Both the position numbers and the translations under genes were made by a program. A DNA stretch of 64,000 bases from assembly GCA_902582695.1 (NCBI GenBank), contig CACHTH010000004.1:4064-68063 (forward strand), written 5' to 3'. Shown here piece after piece: positions 35,928 through 46,650 of the stretch (positions within the stretch are counted from its first letter, which is position 1; every line of letters starts with the position of its first letter). Origin of the DNA: an uncultured Candidatus Actinomarina sp. (GTDB lineage Bacteria; Actinomycetota; Acidimicrobiia; Actinomarinales; Actinomarinaceae). Below the pieces are notes generated by a model, which worked only from the letters and a program-made list of their open reading frames with translations, ran no database searches and had not been told where the DNA came from.

Positions 35928-37405
35928 TATCTTCTTTTAGCTATATTAATATACTCAAAGTTTAGCAAGTTTAATGAGACAAAAATCACTACAGGTATAA
36001 GTAACAAGCTAAAAATTAAATTTAATATTCCAGAGAGTGAAACTGCGACACCAAAAACAAAATAAATTAAAAAAAGAATCAAGATAATTTTAGAAAACTC
36101 AACTACTAAATTTTTATTAAATATTTTTTCCGAATTAAATTTAATCGATACGAGTAGCACTATGCAGTATATGTATAAGGAGAAAATTATAATCCATGCA
36201 TATGTCTGAGAATTACTTGCAGCATTAAATAGTATGATTGAAGTTAAAAGAGTAATAAAGCTACCCGTTACTACAGGAAACCAAAATTTTTGCTGGACAT
36301 AATACGATCTTGTAAGAATCTGGTTGATAGACCAAGGAATTGTTGCAAGAGAAATAATTACAAATACTCCGCTAACTCGAGCTGTATCTGTACTTGTAAA
36401 AGCTCCTCGTTCATAGATTATTTTTATTAAGTAATCTGCATTTATAATTGCACCAACCATCAATGACCCACCAATTAGAAACAAATAAGATAGCTGTTTT
36501 TTTACTAGTTTAGATAATTCATCAATTTCATTTTTTTGATATAGCCTAGAAAGCAAGGGATAGCTTGCCACTCCAACTGCCTGAGCAACAATACCAACCG
36601 GAAGAAGGGCTATCCTCCTTGCGTATCTAAACGTTGCAACACTTCCAGCCGTAAGAAATGTACCAAAAATTCTAAATAGCTGCTCATCAATTACTGCAAT
36701 TGATTGACCAATAATTAATGGGAATGAAATAACAATGTATTCTTTCAAGTGTTTTATTTTTGGAAAGAGAAAATAAAAATTTAATCCTGATTTCTTTGCA
36801 CCATAAATCTGAATTATAAAATGACCTATTATTGAACCAATTAATGTTCCAAGAGCAAAACCTTCAACAGTTGCTTCGGGGGATGATGAATTTATCCATC
36901 CAAATAAAATAATTGTTGAGTTATAAATTACTGGCGCAAGTGCAGCATATTTAAAGCTGTCATGAAAATATTGATACGACATAAGTATTGCTCCAATAAA
37001 GAAAAATACCTGGCTAAAGATAATTGGAGTAAATACTTTTGTAAAAAAATCTAATGACTCGATCTCTAAAAACTCTGCAAATTGAAATCTTAAAGAGTAT
37101 GTTATCACTGAAAAAAGCACAAAAACTATTGAAAGTCCGTAAAGAATCGAAAGGAAATATTTTTCTAACTCTTCATTGTCTTTTTTACTCATTATTGGTA
37201 TCAATGTGATTGCTAGATAACCTCCAGCAGAGAGATAGAAAAGAAAGTCGGGAATTATAAATGCTAAGTCCAATGTATCTGTAGCTTCAGACACTCCTGC
37301 CCAATTAGCTAGGAGTATTTCCCTAAAAAATCCAAGCACTCTACTTGCTGCATAAGAAAAAGTTATTATTGAGATAGATCCAATTAATTTTTTATAATTT
37401 TGCAT
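35927..37405 (-). CDS. murJ: Lipid II flippase MurJ (MviN family)
   Basis: 492 aa, about 14 TM. N-terminal AASRVLGFFREILLANWAG is typical of MurJ. Confidence 0.85.
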   Translation of the reverse strand: MQNYKKLIGSISIITFSYAASRVLGFFREILLANWAGVSEATDTLDLAFIIPDFLFYLSAGGYLAITLIPIMSKKDNEELEKYFLSILYGLSIVFVLFSVITYSLRFQFAEFLEIESLDFFTKVFTPIIFSQVFFFIGAILMSYQYFHDSFKYAALAPVIYNSTIILFGWINSSSPEATVEGFALGTLIGSIIGHFIIQIYGAKKSGLNFYFLFPKIKHLKEYIVISFPLIIGQSIAVIDEQLFRIFGTFLTAGSVATFRYARRIALLPVGIVAQAVGVASYPLLSRLYQKNEIDELSKLVKKQLSYLFLIGGSLMVGAIINADYLIKIIYERGAFTSTDTARVSGVFVIISLATIPWSINQILTRSYYVQQKFWFPVVTGSFITLLTSIILFNAASNSQTYAWIIIFSLYIYCIVLLVSIKFNSEKIFNKNLVVEFSKIILILFLIYFVFGVAVSLSGILNLIFSLLLIPVVIFVSLNLLNFEYINIAKRR

Positions 37406-38270
37406 GCAACTCTTTCATTTTAGATAGTAATTCATAGGGAACCTTTATTGGGGAATTTTCGTACCCTATACCTAATAGATTGTTTGGTTTCCTACTTCCA
37501 TGAAAATCACTACCACCTGATACTAAAAGATTTTGATTTTCACACACTTCTAGCAATGTATTGATGGTGTTATGAGAGTATCCTGGATAATAAACTTCAA
37601 TTCCGTCAATATCCATATCTTTAAGCGTCTGAATATAATTATGAAATTTATTATCTATCCAGTTGTCTGACTTGGAATATAATTTATTGCTCATAAGAGT
37701 ATGAGGATGAGCAAGAAACACTAAAGATTTTGATTGCTTTGCTAAATTTATAATTTCTTTGATGTCCAACTGGTGATTATCAATCCCATCTATTTTTCCA
37801 TTACCAAGATATTTTGAAAAAGCCTCAGAAATGTTTGAAACATAATTTTTTTTAACCATAAGTTCTGCAATATGAGGCCTTCCAGGTACCTTTGTCTCTA
37901 AGCTATCAAGATCTTTTTTATCAATATAAATTTCAAATTCTTCCAAATTATTAATAATTGAATAATTTCTTTCAATTTTATTTTGCCTCAATTCAATGAG
38001 TTTTTTATCTAAGGGGGACTCTTCATTAAGAAAATATACCAACAAATGAGTACCGCCAAATTTGTTAGTATCATCAAGAAGATCCCAACTTACACTTATT
38101 TCTACACCTTGGATTATCTCTATATTGTTTTGTTGAGGAACCTTAGTGAGGTATTCATGGTCTGAAATACAAATAGCCTCTAATTGTAGTTCGATAGAGG
38201 ATTCAATAATAGCTTCAGTTGAATCAGTTCCGTCAGAATTTACTGAATGAACATGTAAATCTATACTCAT
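37392..38270 (-). CDS. PHP-domain metal-dependent phosphoesterase
   Basis: MSIDLHVHSVNSDG N-terminal motif, and later HPH and GGSDFHG. Confidence 0.8.
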   Translation of the reverse strand: MSIDLHVHSVNSDGTDSTEAIIESSIELQLEAICISDHEYLTKVPQQNNIEIIQGVEISVSWDLLDDTNKFGGTHLLVYFLNEESPLDKKLIELRQNKIERNYSIINNLEEFEIYIDKKDLDSLETKVPGRPHIAELMVKKNYVSNISEAFSKYLGNGKIDGIDNHQLDIKEIINLAKQSKSLVFLAHPHTLMSNKLYSKSDNWIDNKFHNYIQTLKDMDIDGIEVYYPGYSHNTINTLLEVCENQNLLVSGGSDFHGSRKPNNLLGIGYENSPIKVPYELLSKMKELHAKL

Positions 38271-38316
38271 AAAACTAGAGTACTAGGGTCTTTAATTCTT
38301 TAATAAATTAATTAGA

Positions 38317-39537
38317 ATGTTTCCAATGAGTTTAATAGTACAAAAATTTGGCGGTACGAGTGTCGCAGATACAGATTCACTCAGAATTGTTGCTGAGAGA
38401 ATTATCGATTGCAAGAAAAACGGTAATGAGATAGTAGTTGTTCCGTCTGCAATGGGTTCAAGTACAGATGAATTAATTCAACTTGCTAACGATCTCTCAG
38501 AAAACCCAACACCAAGGGAACTGGATATGCTCCTGTCAGCAGGTGAGAGAATCACAATGTCTTTATTGTCAATGCATCTAAACAGTCTTGGATACAGCTC
38601 TTTTTCTCTTACTGGTTCACAAGCTGGGATAATTACAACATCTAGACACGGACAAGCTGAAATAGAGGAAATAACTGGTGAAAGAGTTAAAGAAGGCTTA
38701 GAGAACGGCGACATTGTAATTGTTGCTGGGTTTCAGGGGTTTAACAGAGACACTAAAGAAATAACAACTTTAGGAAGAGGAGGTTCTGATGCGACTGCAG
38801 TTGCACTTGCTGCTGCTCTTGGAGCAGAGAGATGCGAAATATTTACTGATGTAGAAGGAGTATTTACTGCAGATCCGAGAGTAGTCAACTCTGCTGAATT
38901 AATTCCAGAAATTACCTATGAAGAAATGTTAGAAATGGCTTCTTCAGGCGCTGGAGTTTTAATGGCTAGGTCTGTAGAATTCGGCAGAAGGTATAATGTA
39001 CCAATAATTGTAAAATCAACGTTTACAAATAATGAAGGTACTGAAGTAAAAGAGAAAGTTATGGAAGAAGCATTAGTTAGCGGAGTTACTCATAATACTA
39101 AAGAAGTTAAATTTACTCTTTTTGAGGTACCAGATCAACCTGGAATTGCAGGAACAGTTTTTGGTTCATTATCCGAGATAGGCATCAATGTAGATATGAT
39201 TGTTCAAAATGTGTCCAAAGACTCAATAACCGATATTTCATTTACCGCACCTACTGAACAAAAGGATGCTGTTGAAGACATGTTAAAAAATATTGCTATA
39301 GAACTTAAAGCCAAAGGTTATGATGTTGATGAAAATGTCGGAAGAGTTTCAATAATCGGTGCTGGGATGAAATCAGAATCAGGGGTCGCATCGAAAATGT
39401 TTAAAATACTAGGGGAAAACTCAATAAATATTTCAATGATTTCAACCTCCCCTATCAGAGTTTCTTGTGTAATTGACAGTAAAGATATAAACGCTGCTTT
39501 GGAAGCTTTACATAAGGAATTCATAGAAAAAGAATGA
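38317..39537 (+). CDS. lysC: Aspartate kinase
   Basis: VQKFGGTSV, GRGGSDATAV, and C-terminal tandem ACT regions. The start may be the ATG at 38326. Confidence 0.95.
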   Translation: MFPMSLIVQKFGGTSVADTDSLRIVAERIIDCKKNGNEIVVVPSAMGSSTDELIQLANDLSENPTPRELDMLLSAGERITMSLLSMHLNSLGYSSFSLTGSQAGIITTSRHGQAEIEEITGERVKEGLENGDIVIVAGFQGFNRDTKEITTLGRGGSDATAVALAAALGAERCEIFTDVEGVFTADPRVVNSAELIPEITYEEMLEMASSGAGVLMARSVEFGRRYNVPIIVKSTFTNNEGTEVKEKVMEEALVSGVTHNTKEVKFTLFEVPDQPGIAGTVFGSLSEIGINVDMIVQNVSKDSITDISFTAPTEQKDAVEDMLKNIAIELKAKGYDVDENVGRVSIIGAGMKSESGVASKMFKILGENSINISMISTSPIRVSCVIDSKDINAALEALHKEFIEKE

Positions 39538-40520
39538 AGATAGCAATTGTTGGTGCAACAGGCCTTGTTGGCACAAATATTATAAATTTATGTGAACAGT
39601 ATTTCGATGTAGGTGTTGAATACTCACTTTTTGCTTCAAAATCCTCAGAAGGAAAGAAAATAAAAATTAACGACAAAGAACTAACCGTTAAAGAACTTAA
39701 TAAAGAAAATATTGGAGAATACAACATTTCACTATTTTCAGCCGGTGGTGAAAGGTCTAAAGAATACGCAACTAATTTCATAGACAATGGTTCGTTTGTT
39801 ATAGACAACTCATCTGTTTTTCGAATGAACGATGAAGTTCCTCTTGTGGTGTATGGAATTAATGAAAACATAATTACAAAAGAATCAAAACTAATATCTA
39901 ATCCAAACTGTACAACAATGGGATTAGTAATGGCTTTAAAGCCCCTACATGATAGGTACACTCTATCTTCCATGACCCCTGTTGCTTATCAGGCAGTGTC
40001 TGGATCAGGGTCTGAAGCTATAAAATCATTGGAAAAAGAGAACTTATTAGGTGATAAGCTAGATGCAAATTATCAACAGGCTTATTATACAAATCCAATA
40101 GCTCGGAACGTTATTCCTCTTGCAGGAAGCTTAACTGATAACGGATACTCTGATGAAGAAATGAAATTTGTCCATGAATCAAGAAAAATATTATCGATTC
40201 CAGATTTAGTTGTTGAACCATCTAATGCAAGGGTTGGAGTAAGAACAGGTCACGGAACTTTTTGCTCTGCAGTGTTTGAAAATGAAGTTGACCTGGAGGA
40301 ATGCACTGATTTACTAAATAATTTTGAAGGTGTAGAAGTCTGGAATGATTCATTACCAACACCAATAGATGTAGAAGGCAAAGACGAGGTCTTGGTTTCA
40401 AGACTTAGACAAGGTCTTTCATCAAAAAATATTTTAAACTTTTGGGTAGTCTCTGACAACCTTTTAAAAGGTGCTGCTTTAAATGCAGTGCAGATAGCTA
40501 AGTTTGTGGAAAAATTATGA
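39534..40520 (+). CDS. asd: Aspartate-semialdehyde dehydrogenase
   Basis: IVGATGLVG NAD(P) fold and NPNCTT active-site Cys. 4-nt overlap with lysC. Confidence 0.9.
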   Translation: MKIAIVGATGLVGTNIINLCEQYFDVGVEYSLFASKSSEGKKIKINDKELTVKELNKENIGEYNISLFSAGGERSKEYATNFIDNGSFVIDNSSVFRMNDEVPLVVYGINENIITKESKLISNPNCTTMGLVMALKPLHDRYTLSSMTPVAYQAVSGSGSEAIKSLEKENLLGDKLDANYQQAYYTNPIARNVIPLAGSLTDNGYSDEEMKFVHESRKILSIPDLVVEPSNARVGVRTGHGTFCSAVFENEVDLEECTDLLNNFEGVEVWNDSLPTPIDVEGKDEVLVSRLRQGLSSKNILNFWVVSDNLLKGAALNAVQIAKFVEKL

Positions 40521-41167
40521 TTTCTACGAATGAAAAACTAGCAAAAAAACAAAGAAAAATATTAGGTCCTCTAGGAAGGTTGTTACTAAAAGTTTTTAGA
40601 TGGGAAATTAAAGGAAAAATTCCTGATTTGGAAAAAATGATACTTATAGGCATTCCTCATACAGCTATGAGAGATGCCTGGTATGCGTTACTAGCTGTAT
40701 GGGCATTAGATTTAAAAGTAAATTTTTTTGGAGCAGCTTGGGTATTTACGAGGCTTCCAAGTTTATTTACTATATCTAAAAATTTAGACAGGCAGGGTAT
40801 TCCCTGGCCATTCTGGTGGTTACAAAAGTACTTGATGCTAAAGCTCGGTGGTATACCTGTTTATCGTGTTAACTCCAAAGGGCTAATTAGAGGAGCTGTT
40901 GAAGAATTTAAAACTATTAATAACTACATTTTAGTTATAGCTCCAGAAGGGGGAGTTGAACCTGTTAAGCAATTTAGAAGTGGCTTTTATTATTTAGCAA
41001 AAGGATTAAATATTCCTTACGTACCAATTGAAATTGATTTTAAAAATAGGTGTTTTGCAATTCAAGAGCCTAAATATATAACTGGAACCTTTGAACAAGA
41101 ATCAGAAAAAATAGCAAGTTTGTTTAGTGGAGTTGAAGGAGCAACTAGAACTTTTAAAATGTTATAA
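40517..41167 (+). CDS. PlsC-family acyltransferase-like protein
   Basis: 216 aa. HTAMRD fits the HX4D motif, and later APEGG. 4-nt overlap with asd. Confidence 0.5.
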   Translation: MISTNEKLAKKQRKILGPLGRLLLKVFRWEIKGKIPDLEKMILIGIPHTAMRDAWYALLAVWALDLKVNFFGAAWVFTRLPSLFTISKNLDRQGIPWPFWWLQKYLMLKLGGIPVYRVNSKGLIRGAVEEFKTINNYILVIAPEGGVEPVKQFRSGFYYLAKGLNIPYVPIEIDFKNRCFAIQEPKYITGTFEQESEKIASLFSGVEGATRTFKML

Positions 41168-41837
41168 AGAAGGGAACAAATAGACTCAATATATAGTTAC
41201 CAACTGGTATTTGCTTTAATCCCAACAGATTAATTCCAACACCTACAAGTAAAACTCCACCAATACCTGCAATTGAATCTGCTACAACTTGGTCTATAGA
41301 ACCCCCAAGACCTAATGCGCACAACGTAAAAAACCCTTGATAGATTAGAATAGAAATTCCAGAGTATCCGGCTCCTTTTCCACCACTTGAAGTTAGAAAA
41401 AGCACAAGAAAACAATCGAGTGCTGTTTTAATTAAAAGTAACTCTATATTCCCTTCGACTACATCTAGAAAGGGGCCAACTATAGCAAGCGGCCCAGTAA
41501 CTACTATTAAAGATGCAGTTAAATAGCTTTCAATAAACTTACTTTTTTCTGAACTATCTTTTTCAAATTTATTATGTAGATATTCTCCAAAACTTTTTAT
41601 TCTCTCTTCTATTCTTAAGAAAGAACCTATAATTGCACCAATTAATACTGCTACTAATGTCAGTAAAAACTCGGGACTTTTTAGCGACTCCCTTATTCCA
41701 AGTGTTAGAACAAGAAGACCAAGTGGTAATAAATTGTTTTCGAAATTTTTAATTTCTTTTTTTACGAAAAACCTTGTTAAAATTCCAACACCAATTACAG
41801 CAAAGGAATTTATTAGTGTACCTATTCCTGGAATCAT
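41154..41837 (-). CDS. DUF554-family membrane protein
   Basis: 227 aa. The [18 protein letters not shown] start and the overall pattern are typical of DUF554 (YdfK-like) as I remember it. Confidence 0.55.
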   Translation of the reverse strand: MIPGIGTLINSFAVIGVGILTRFFVKKEIKNFENNLLPLGLLVLTLGIRESLKSPEFLLTLVAVLIGAIIGSFLRIEERIKSFGEYLHNKFEKDSSEKSKFIESYLTASLIVVTGPLAIVGPFLDVVEGNIELLLIKTALDCFLVLFLTSSGGKGAGYSGISILIYQGFFTLCALGLGGSIDQVVADSIAGIGGVLLVGVGINLLGLKQIPVGNYILSLFVPFFITF

Positions 41838-42400
41838 TATTTTTTAAAGTCAGTATGACTTCTACTTGGAGTGGGCCCTTCTTGCCCTTGGTACTTACTA
41901 CCATAAGTTTCTGATCCATATTCAGACTCTGAAGGCGAATTCAAATAATAAAAAGAAATTTGACCAATCTTCATCTCAGGGTAAATTTTTATCGGAAGAT
42001 TTGCTACGTTTGAAAGTTCAAGTGTTAAGTATCCAGAAAATCCTGGATCAACAAAACCTGCAGTAGAGTGAATTAATAAACCAATTCTTCCAAGTGAACT
42101 TTTTCCTTCGAGTCTGGCAACAACTTTATTTGAAAGAGAAACTTTTTCAAACGTAGTTCCAAGTACAAATTCACCAGGATGAAGTACAAATGGTTCTTCA
42201 ATCGTTGCAGTTACCAGTGAAGTTAGATCATCTTGTTGAGCTTTTGGGTCAATATGTGAATATTTGTGGTTTTCAAAAACTCTAAAATCAGCTCCTACTC
42301 TTAGATCTACACTTGAAGGTTGGATATAATCCTCAATCAATGGAGATATTTCAATATCATTATTTTTAATTGAGTTTTTTATGTCTATATCTGATAACAT
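41837..42400 (-). CDS. dcd: dCTP deaminase
   Basis: 187 aa. MLSDIDI..., PSSVDLRVG and [15 protein letters not shown] motifs. Confidence 0.9.
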   Translation of the reverse strand: MLSDIDIKNSIKNNDIEISPLIEDYIQPSSVDLRVGADFRVFENHKYSHIDPKAQQDDLTSLVTATIEEPFVLHPGEFVLGTTFEKVSLSNKVVARLEGKSSLGRIGLLIHSTAGFVDPGFSGYLTLELSNVANLPIKIYPEMKIGQISFYYLNSPSESEYGSETYGSKYQGQEGPTPSRSHTDFKK

Positions 42401-42443
42401 TTTTCCCCTTACTCTTTGAATATATTAATCGTTTTATAAAAAA

Positions 42444-42644
42444 TTATCTGTTTATTAAAGATGCAATAGACCAGATAGTTATTAAAAGACCAACACCAGT
42501 TAAAAAAATAGTTCTTCTTAAATACATATTTTTTCTTTTATGATTCTTGTTAAAAAAAGCTGCGAGGTTTCCTGCAACCATAGCTGCTCCAACACCTAGC
42601 AAAAGAAGAATAATTGTTAAATCAAGTGCAAATGGATCATTCAT
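42444..42644 (-). CDS. Small two-TM membrane protein, unknown function
   Basis: 66 aa, two hydrophobic segments separated by KNHKRKNMYLRR. Lies directly upstream of dcd on the same strand. Confidence 0.4.
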   Translation of the reverse strand: MNDPFALDLTIILLLLGVGAAMVAGNLAAFFNKNHKRKNMYLRRTIFLTGVGLLITIWSIASLINR

Positions 42645-42654
42645 AACTTATATT

Positions 42655-43512
42655 ATGATAATGAATATGATCAAAGCTAGTGAAGTGATTGAAATATTTT
42701 TAAAGTATGGCATTTCAAATTCAAAAGATGAAAGTAAATATGAGATTTCAGAACTAGACGGCATTACAAATACAAGCTATGTAGTAGATCTGGATAGTGA
42801 AAAGTATGTTTTAAGAATACCTGGTGATAACCCAGATGTAATTAATAGAAAATCTGAAAAACAAAATACATTAAAGGCACAGGAATATGGATTGACTTTA
42901 CCTTATATAATTTTTGATGAAAATACAGGTGTTAAAATTTCCAAATATTTTGATATATACACATATAAATCTTCTGATTTTAAAAACGAAAATATGAGAA
43001 AGGAAGCCTTCAAAAAGCTGTTTGATTTACACAATTCAGATTTAGTTTTTGAAAATAATTTTTCACCTCTCAATGTGTTTAGCGAAATTGCTGATATTTC
43101 TAATTCAATCGAGAGAGATGCAAAAGAAGTTGGTTTTGAGATTATTGAAAAAATTAAAGAAATTGGTATTAATAATGAACCTTGTCACCAAGATCTTTAT
43201 TCAGGTAATTTTGTAGTATATGATGACCAAACATACCTAATTGACTGGGAATATTCATCGATGGGAGACAAGTATTTTGATTACGCAGACTTATTTTGGC
43301 AAAATGAGTTCGACTTAGACAAGAATATGCGTCAACAGGCACTCAATGAAATTAATATTCAAAAAAAAGATGAAATCGAAAAGTTTGAATATTTTGAAAT
43401 ACTATCAATGATTACTTGGGGATTATGGGCATTAAAACGTTCTCCAGAGGACAATGATGGTAAAAACGCTTTATTAAAAGCAATAAATCTTGGTACTGAT
43501 AAAAAACTTTAA
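42655..43512 (+). CDS. Choline/ethanolamine kinase-like phosphotransferase (APH fold)
   Basis: CHQDLYSGNFV and LIDWEYSSMGDKYFDYADLF (Brenner and choline-kinase motifs). I start it at ATG 42655. The ORF-track start at 42547 is antisense to the 42444..42644 gene. Confidence 0.75.
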   Translation: MIMNMIKASEVIEIFLKYGISNSKDESKYEISELDGITNTSYVVDLDSEKYVLRIPGDNPDVINRKSEKQNTLKAQEYGLTLPYIIFDENTGVKISKYFDIYTYKSSDFKNENMRKEAFKKLFDLHNSDLVFENNFSPLNVFSEIADISNSIERDAKEVGFEIIEKIKEIGINNEPCHQDLYSGNFVVYDDQTYLIDWEYSSMGDKYFDYADLFWQNEFDLDKNMRQQALNEINIQKKDEIEKFEYFEILSMITWGLWALKRSPEDNDGKNALLKAINLGTDKKL

Positions 43513-43583
43513 AAAGATTTTCAATTAATCATGAAAATCCGTTAGACTTTCGCAGTTAGGAAAAAAGGAAAAAAATTTAATTT

Positions 43584-43679
43584 ATGGGATCTTTGATTAA
43601 AAAAAGACGTAAAAAAATGTCAAAACATAAATATCGTAAACGTCGTAAATCAAATAGACATAAGAAGAAAAGCGTTTAG
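43584..43679 (+). CDS. Ribosomal protein bS22-type (31 aa, extremely basic)
   Basis: Below the ORF-track cutoff. MGSLIKKRRKKMSKHKYRKRRKSNRHKKKSV matches the mycobacterial bS22 pattern MGSVIKKRRKRMSKKKHRK. AAGGAAAAA lies upstream. Confidence 0.8.
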   Translation: MGSLIKKRRKKMSKHKYRKRRKSNRHKKKSV

Positions 43680-44528
43680 TTAAATTTCTCTCTCTTCATT
43701 TAAGAAATCTTCAATTTGTTGAACAAGATTATCTTCTGAAAAATTATCTTCGATACTAACATCAGCTTCTTCTAATTTAGAAACGTACTCTGCTAAATCT
43801 TGAGAGTTTTCCATAGCCTTGTTAATTTTTAGTTCAAACTGTTGTCCTTCACTTTGAATTCCAGAATCATCAATATCAATTTTTAAGATATCGGAAGTTT
43901 TATTTAACAGTGCACTCATTCCTTTAGGATAACCACCACTACTTAGGTAATGAGGAACAGCTGCCCAAAGTCCTGCAGTCTCGATACCGTTATCTCTGAG
44001 TGTTTGCCCAACAACACTAGTGATGCCTGTAGGTCCAGAATAATTTGGATTTAAGACATTGTATCTTGAATGAAATGTTGGATCTCCACTAACACCAAAT
44101 ATTGGTACAGGAAGCGTGTGTGCAACTTGTCCAAAAAAAGCACCTAAAGTTACTGCTTTTTTTACTCCAAGCTCAAGCAGCGTATCCGAAATGTTTCTTG
44201 AGTAATCTTTCCACTTCATTGATGGTTCTTCACCAAAAACTAATATCAAATCACTTTTTAACTTGTAGTCTTCAATTGAGTAAAAAGATGTTTGGGGCCA
44301 ATGAAAGTTTCTTTCTCCAAAGTCTTTAACTTCAACAATTGGCCTTCTCATTTGGTAGTTATAATATGAATCTGAGTTTAATTCTGCAAACGGTTCAACG
44401 TCATACGTACTGCTCAAGTTCTCAACACAACCGGTGGCAGTGTTGCCAGCATCACTCCAACCTTCGAATGCAAGTATTGCAACAGGTTCTGATAAAAGCG
44501 GCTTTCTATACCAAACTACATCTTCCAT
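43680..44528 (-). CDS. PAC2 (proteasome assembly chaperone 2-like) family protein
   Basis: 282 aa with AILAFEGWSDAGN near the N-terminus, typical of actinobacterial PAC2 proteins. Confidence 0.75.
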   Translation of the reverse strand: MEDVVWYRKPLLSEPVAILAFEGWSDAGNTATGCVENLSSTYDVEPFAELNSDSYYNYQMRRPIVEVKDFGERNFHWPQTSFYSIEDYKLKSDLILVFGEEPSMKWKDYSRNISDTLLELGVKKAVTLGAFFGQVAHTLPVPIFGVSGDPTFHSRYNVLNPNYSGPTGITSVVGQTLRDNGIETAGLWAAVPHYLSSGGYPKGMSALLNKTSDILKIDIDDSGIQSEGQQFELKINKAMENSQDLAEYVSKLEEADVSIEDNFSEDNLVQQIEDFLNEEREI

Positions 44529-44571
44529 ATTTGAAGAATAATGTTGCGATAGATTTATTTAAGATTAATTT

Positions 44572-46650
44572 TTAGAGTTTTCTTGAAGAGTTTATAACAA
44601 CCGAAATACTAGAAAGTGCCATTGCTAGTGCTGCCAAATTCGGTGTAATTAGGCCAACAACTGCAATAGGTATCATTAGTGTGTTGTATATAAAGGCGAG
44701 AAAAAGATTTTGATATATTCTATGTTTTGATTTTTTTGAAAGATTAAATACTTCACTAAGAGTTTCTAAACCTCCTTTGTGGATTAATATATCTCCAGAA
44801 ACTTGTGCAATCTGGCTACTAGAAGAGGTAGTTACTCCAACATCAGCTTGTTTAATTGACGGTGAATCATTAACTCCATCGCCAACAAAAATTACCCTCT
44901 CGTCTTTTTGGATGTCTTTTATAAAATCAAGTTTTTCCTCAGGACTTTTATCAGAATAAAATTCTTTTATGTTTTGTTCTTCAGCAAATTTTTCTACATT
45001 AACTTTTTTATCACCAGAGAGAATTACGATATTCTTCTCTTCTTTAAGTTCTTTTAAAAAATTGTTAGACACGGATGATTCCTCTTCTAGGTACAAAAAA
45101 TAATCCAGATCATTTATTGAAACTATAAGTGAAGAGTCATTTTTCTCTTTGTTTTTTTCAATTTTAATAAGTTGCTCTTCAACAATGCCTTCAATTCCAA
45201 CGCCGGGTTTTTCTTTTATATTTGAAGCAGGAAGAAGTGTTAAATCCTCTAACTCTGCTTGATAAACAATACTTTTTGCAATTGGGTGTTGAGAATAGTT
45301 TTCAAGACTTGCAATCAACTGCAATACAGTACTTTTTGGAATAGTTTCATTAGGCATCTGAATTTCTTTAATTTTAAAGATACCGGAGGAAAGAGTACCC
45401 GTTTTGTCGAAAACCATTGTATTTATGTCTCCAAACTTTTGAAGAATATCAAAATTCTTAAAAAGAAAGCCTTTTAGTTTGCTGACTGTTGCAGTTTTAA
45501 ATAAAACTATTGGGGTCGCTAGTCCCAGTGCACATGGACATGCAATAACTAATACAGCTATTGCATTTTTTAAGGCGTCTATCAAGGCAACATCTTGAAT
45601 TAGATACTTGAAGGCAAAAGTGCTAAAACTAGTAAATAAAACAACCGGTACAAAATACTGTGTAATTGTGTCGAGTGATTTTTGAATGTCTGGCTTAGTT
45701 CCCTGAGCATTTCTGATTAAGTCTTCGATAATGTTATAAGTTGATTTTTGGTAAGATTCTTTTACTTCAATCTCTATATTTCCTTGTAAATTAATACTTC
45801 CTCCAACAACCTGATCTCCTCTTTCCTTTGTTAAAGGAATAGACTCTCCAGTAAGAAGGCTTTCATCAACAGTAGTTTCACCTTCAATAATCTCACCATC
45901 AACGGGAATAATTTCACCGACCATTACATTGAAACGATCTTTTTCTTTAACATCTTTTGTAGGTATTTCAATTCTGCCTTCATCTCTATTTACTATCAAA
46001 GTTTTTGGCATACGACTTTTTATTGACTCTGATGTTTTCACAGACTCTTCTATTACTCTATCTTCTACTGCCTTACCAATAAGCAAAAAAGACACAATAA
46101 AAGCTCCAGTATCAAGAAACATTTTATTTCCACCTGATGTAGAACTCACTGAAGAAACCAGCTCAGCAGGTAATAGAGAAATTAACAAAGAACTCAAACT
46201 TCCAAGCGAAATCAAAGTGTCCATATTGAAATCAAGATTTTTAATTTTTTTAAATGCAGATATATGGAAATTTCTTCCAAGAACTAAAATAACAAAAAAA
46301 CCTATAAGGTAGGAAATTAAATCTAGGCCTGCTTCAAAAAAATACCTAAGAGAAACAGTCATTAATAATGAAGCTATTGGGGTAAATATTTTAAATTTGA
46401 TATTTTTTTCAGTGTTATCTTCAGCAGCTTCTTTTGCTTTATAGCCAATCTTATTTACTGATTTAATAATTTCATTAAAATCAACACTTTCATCATCTGC
46501 GATATCTACAATTGCAGATTTTAAAGGAAAGCTCACTGATGCGTCTAATACATGTTCATTTTTTGTTAGTACACGCTCAACTCTTGCAGCACAAGCCGCA
46601 CAAGTCATACCATCAATATCTAAATTGACAGATTTAGCTTGATTCGACAA
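44572..46650 (-). CDS. copA: Copper-translocating P1B-type ATPase
   Basis: GMTCAACA metal-binding domain, CPC (ACPCALG), DKTGT and GDGVNDSP. Confidence 0.9.
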   Translation of the reverse strand: MSNQAKSVNLDIDGMTCAACAARVERVLTKNEHVLDASVSFPLKSAIVDIADDESVDFNEIIKSVNKIGYKAKEAAEDNTEKNIKFKIFTPIASLLMTVSLRYFFEAGLDLISYLIGFFVILVLGRNFHISAFKKIKNLDFNMDTLISLGSLSSLLISLLPAELVSSVSSTSGGNKMFLDTGAFIVSFLLIGKAVEDRVIEESVKTSESIKSRMPKTLIVNRDEGRIEIPTKDVKEKDRFNVMVGEIIPVDGEIIEGETTVDESLLTGESIPLTKERGDQVVGGSINLQGNIEIEVKESYQKSTYNIIEDLIRNAQGTKPDIQKSLDTITQYFVPVVLFTSFSTFAFKYLIQDVALIDALKNAIAVLVIACPCALGLATPIVLFKTATVSKLKGFLFKNFDILQKFGDINTMVFDKTGTLSSGIFKIKEIQMPNETIPKSTVLQLIASLENYSQHPIAKSIVYQAELEDLTLLPASNIKEKPGVGIEGIVEEQLIKIEKNKEKNDSSLIVSINDLDYFLYLEEESSVSNNFLKELKEEKNIVILSGDKKVNVEKFAEEQNIKEFYSDKSPEEKLDFIKDIQKDERVIFVGDGVNDSPSIKQADVGVTTSSSSQIAQVSGDILIHKGGLETLSEVFNLSKKSKHRIYQNLFLAFIYNTLMIPIAVVGLITPNLAALAMALSSISVVINSSRKL

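Noticed and set aside
39521-39973. 150-aa minus-strand ORF antisense to the start of asd, and similar antisense ORFs (2711..3028, 8900..9373, 34275..34688, 56694..57050, 59410..59757, 60151..60609 and others)
   Set aside because: Each is embedded in a strongly motif-supported gene on the other strand. Their Ser/Ile/Phe-rich composition is typical of antisense frames in AT-rich DNA. None has an SD or recognisable motifs.
42547-42654. N-terminal extension of the choline-kinase-like ORF
   Set aside because: It is antisense to the 66-aa two-TM gene. Its sequence (AARFPATIAAPTPSKRR) mirrors that gene, and the kinase fold begins after the internal Met cluster at 42655.
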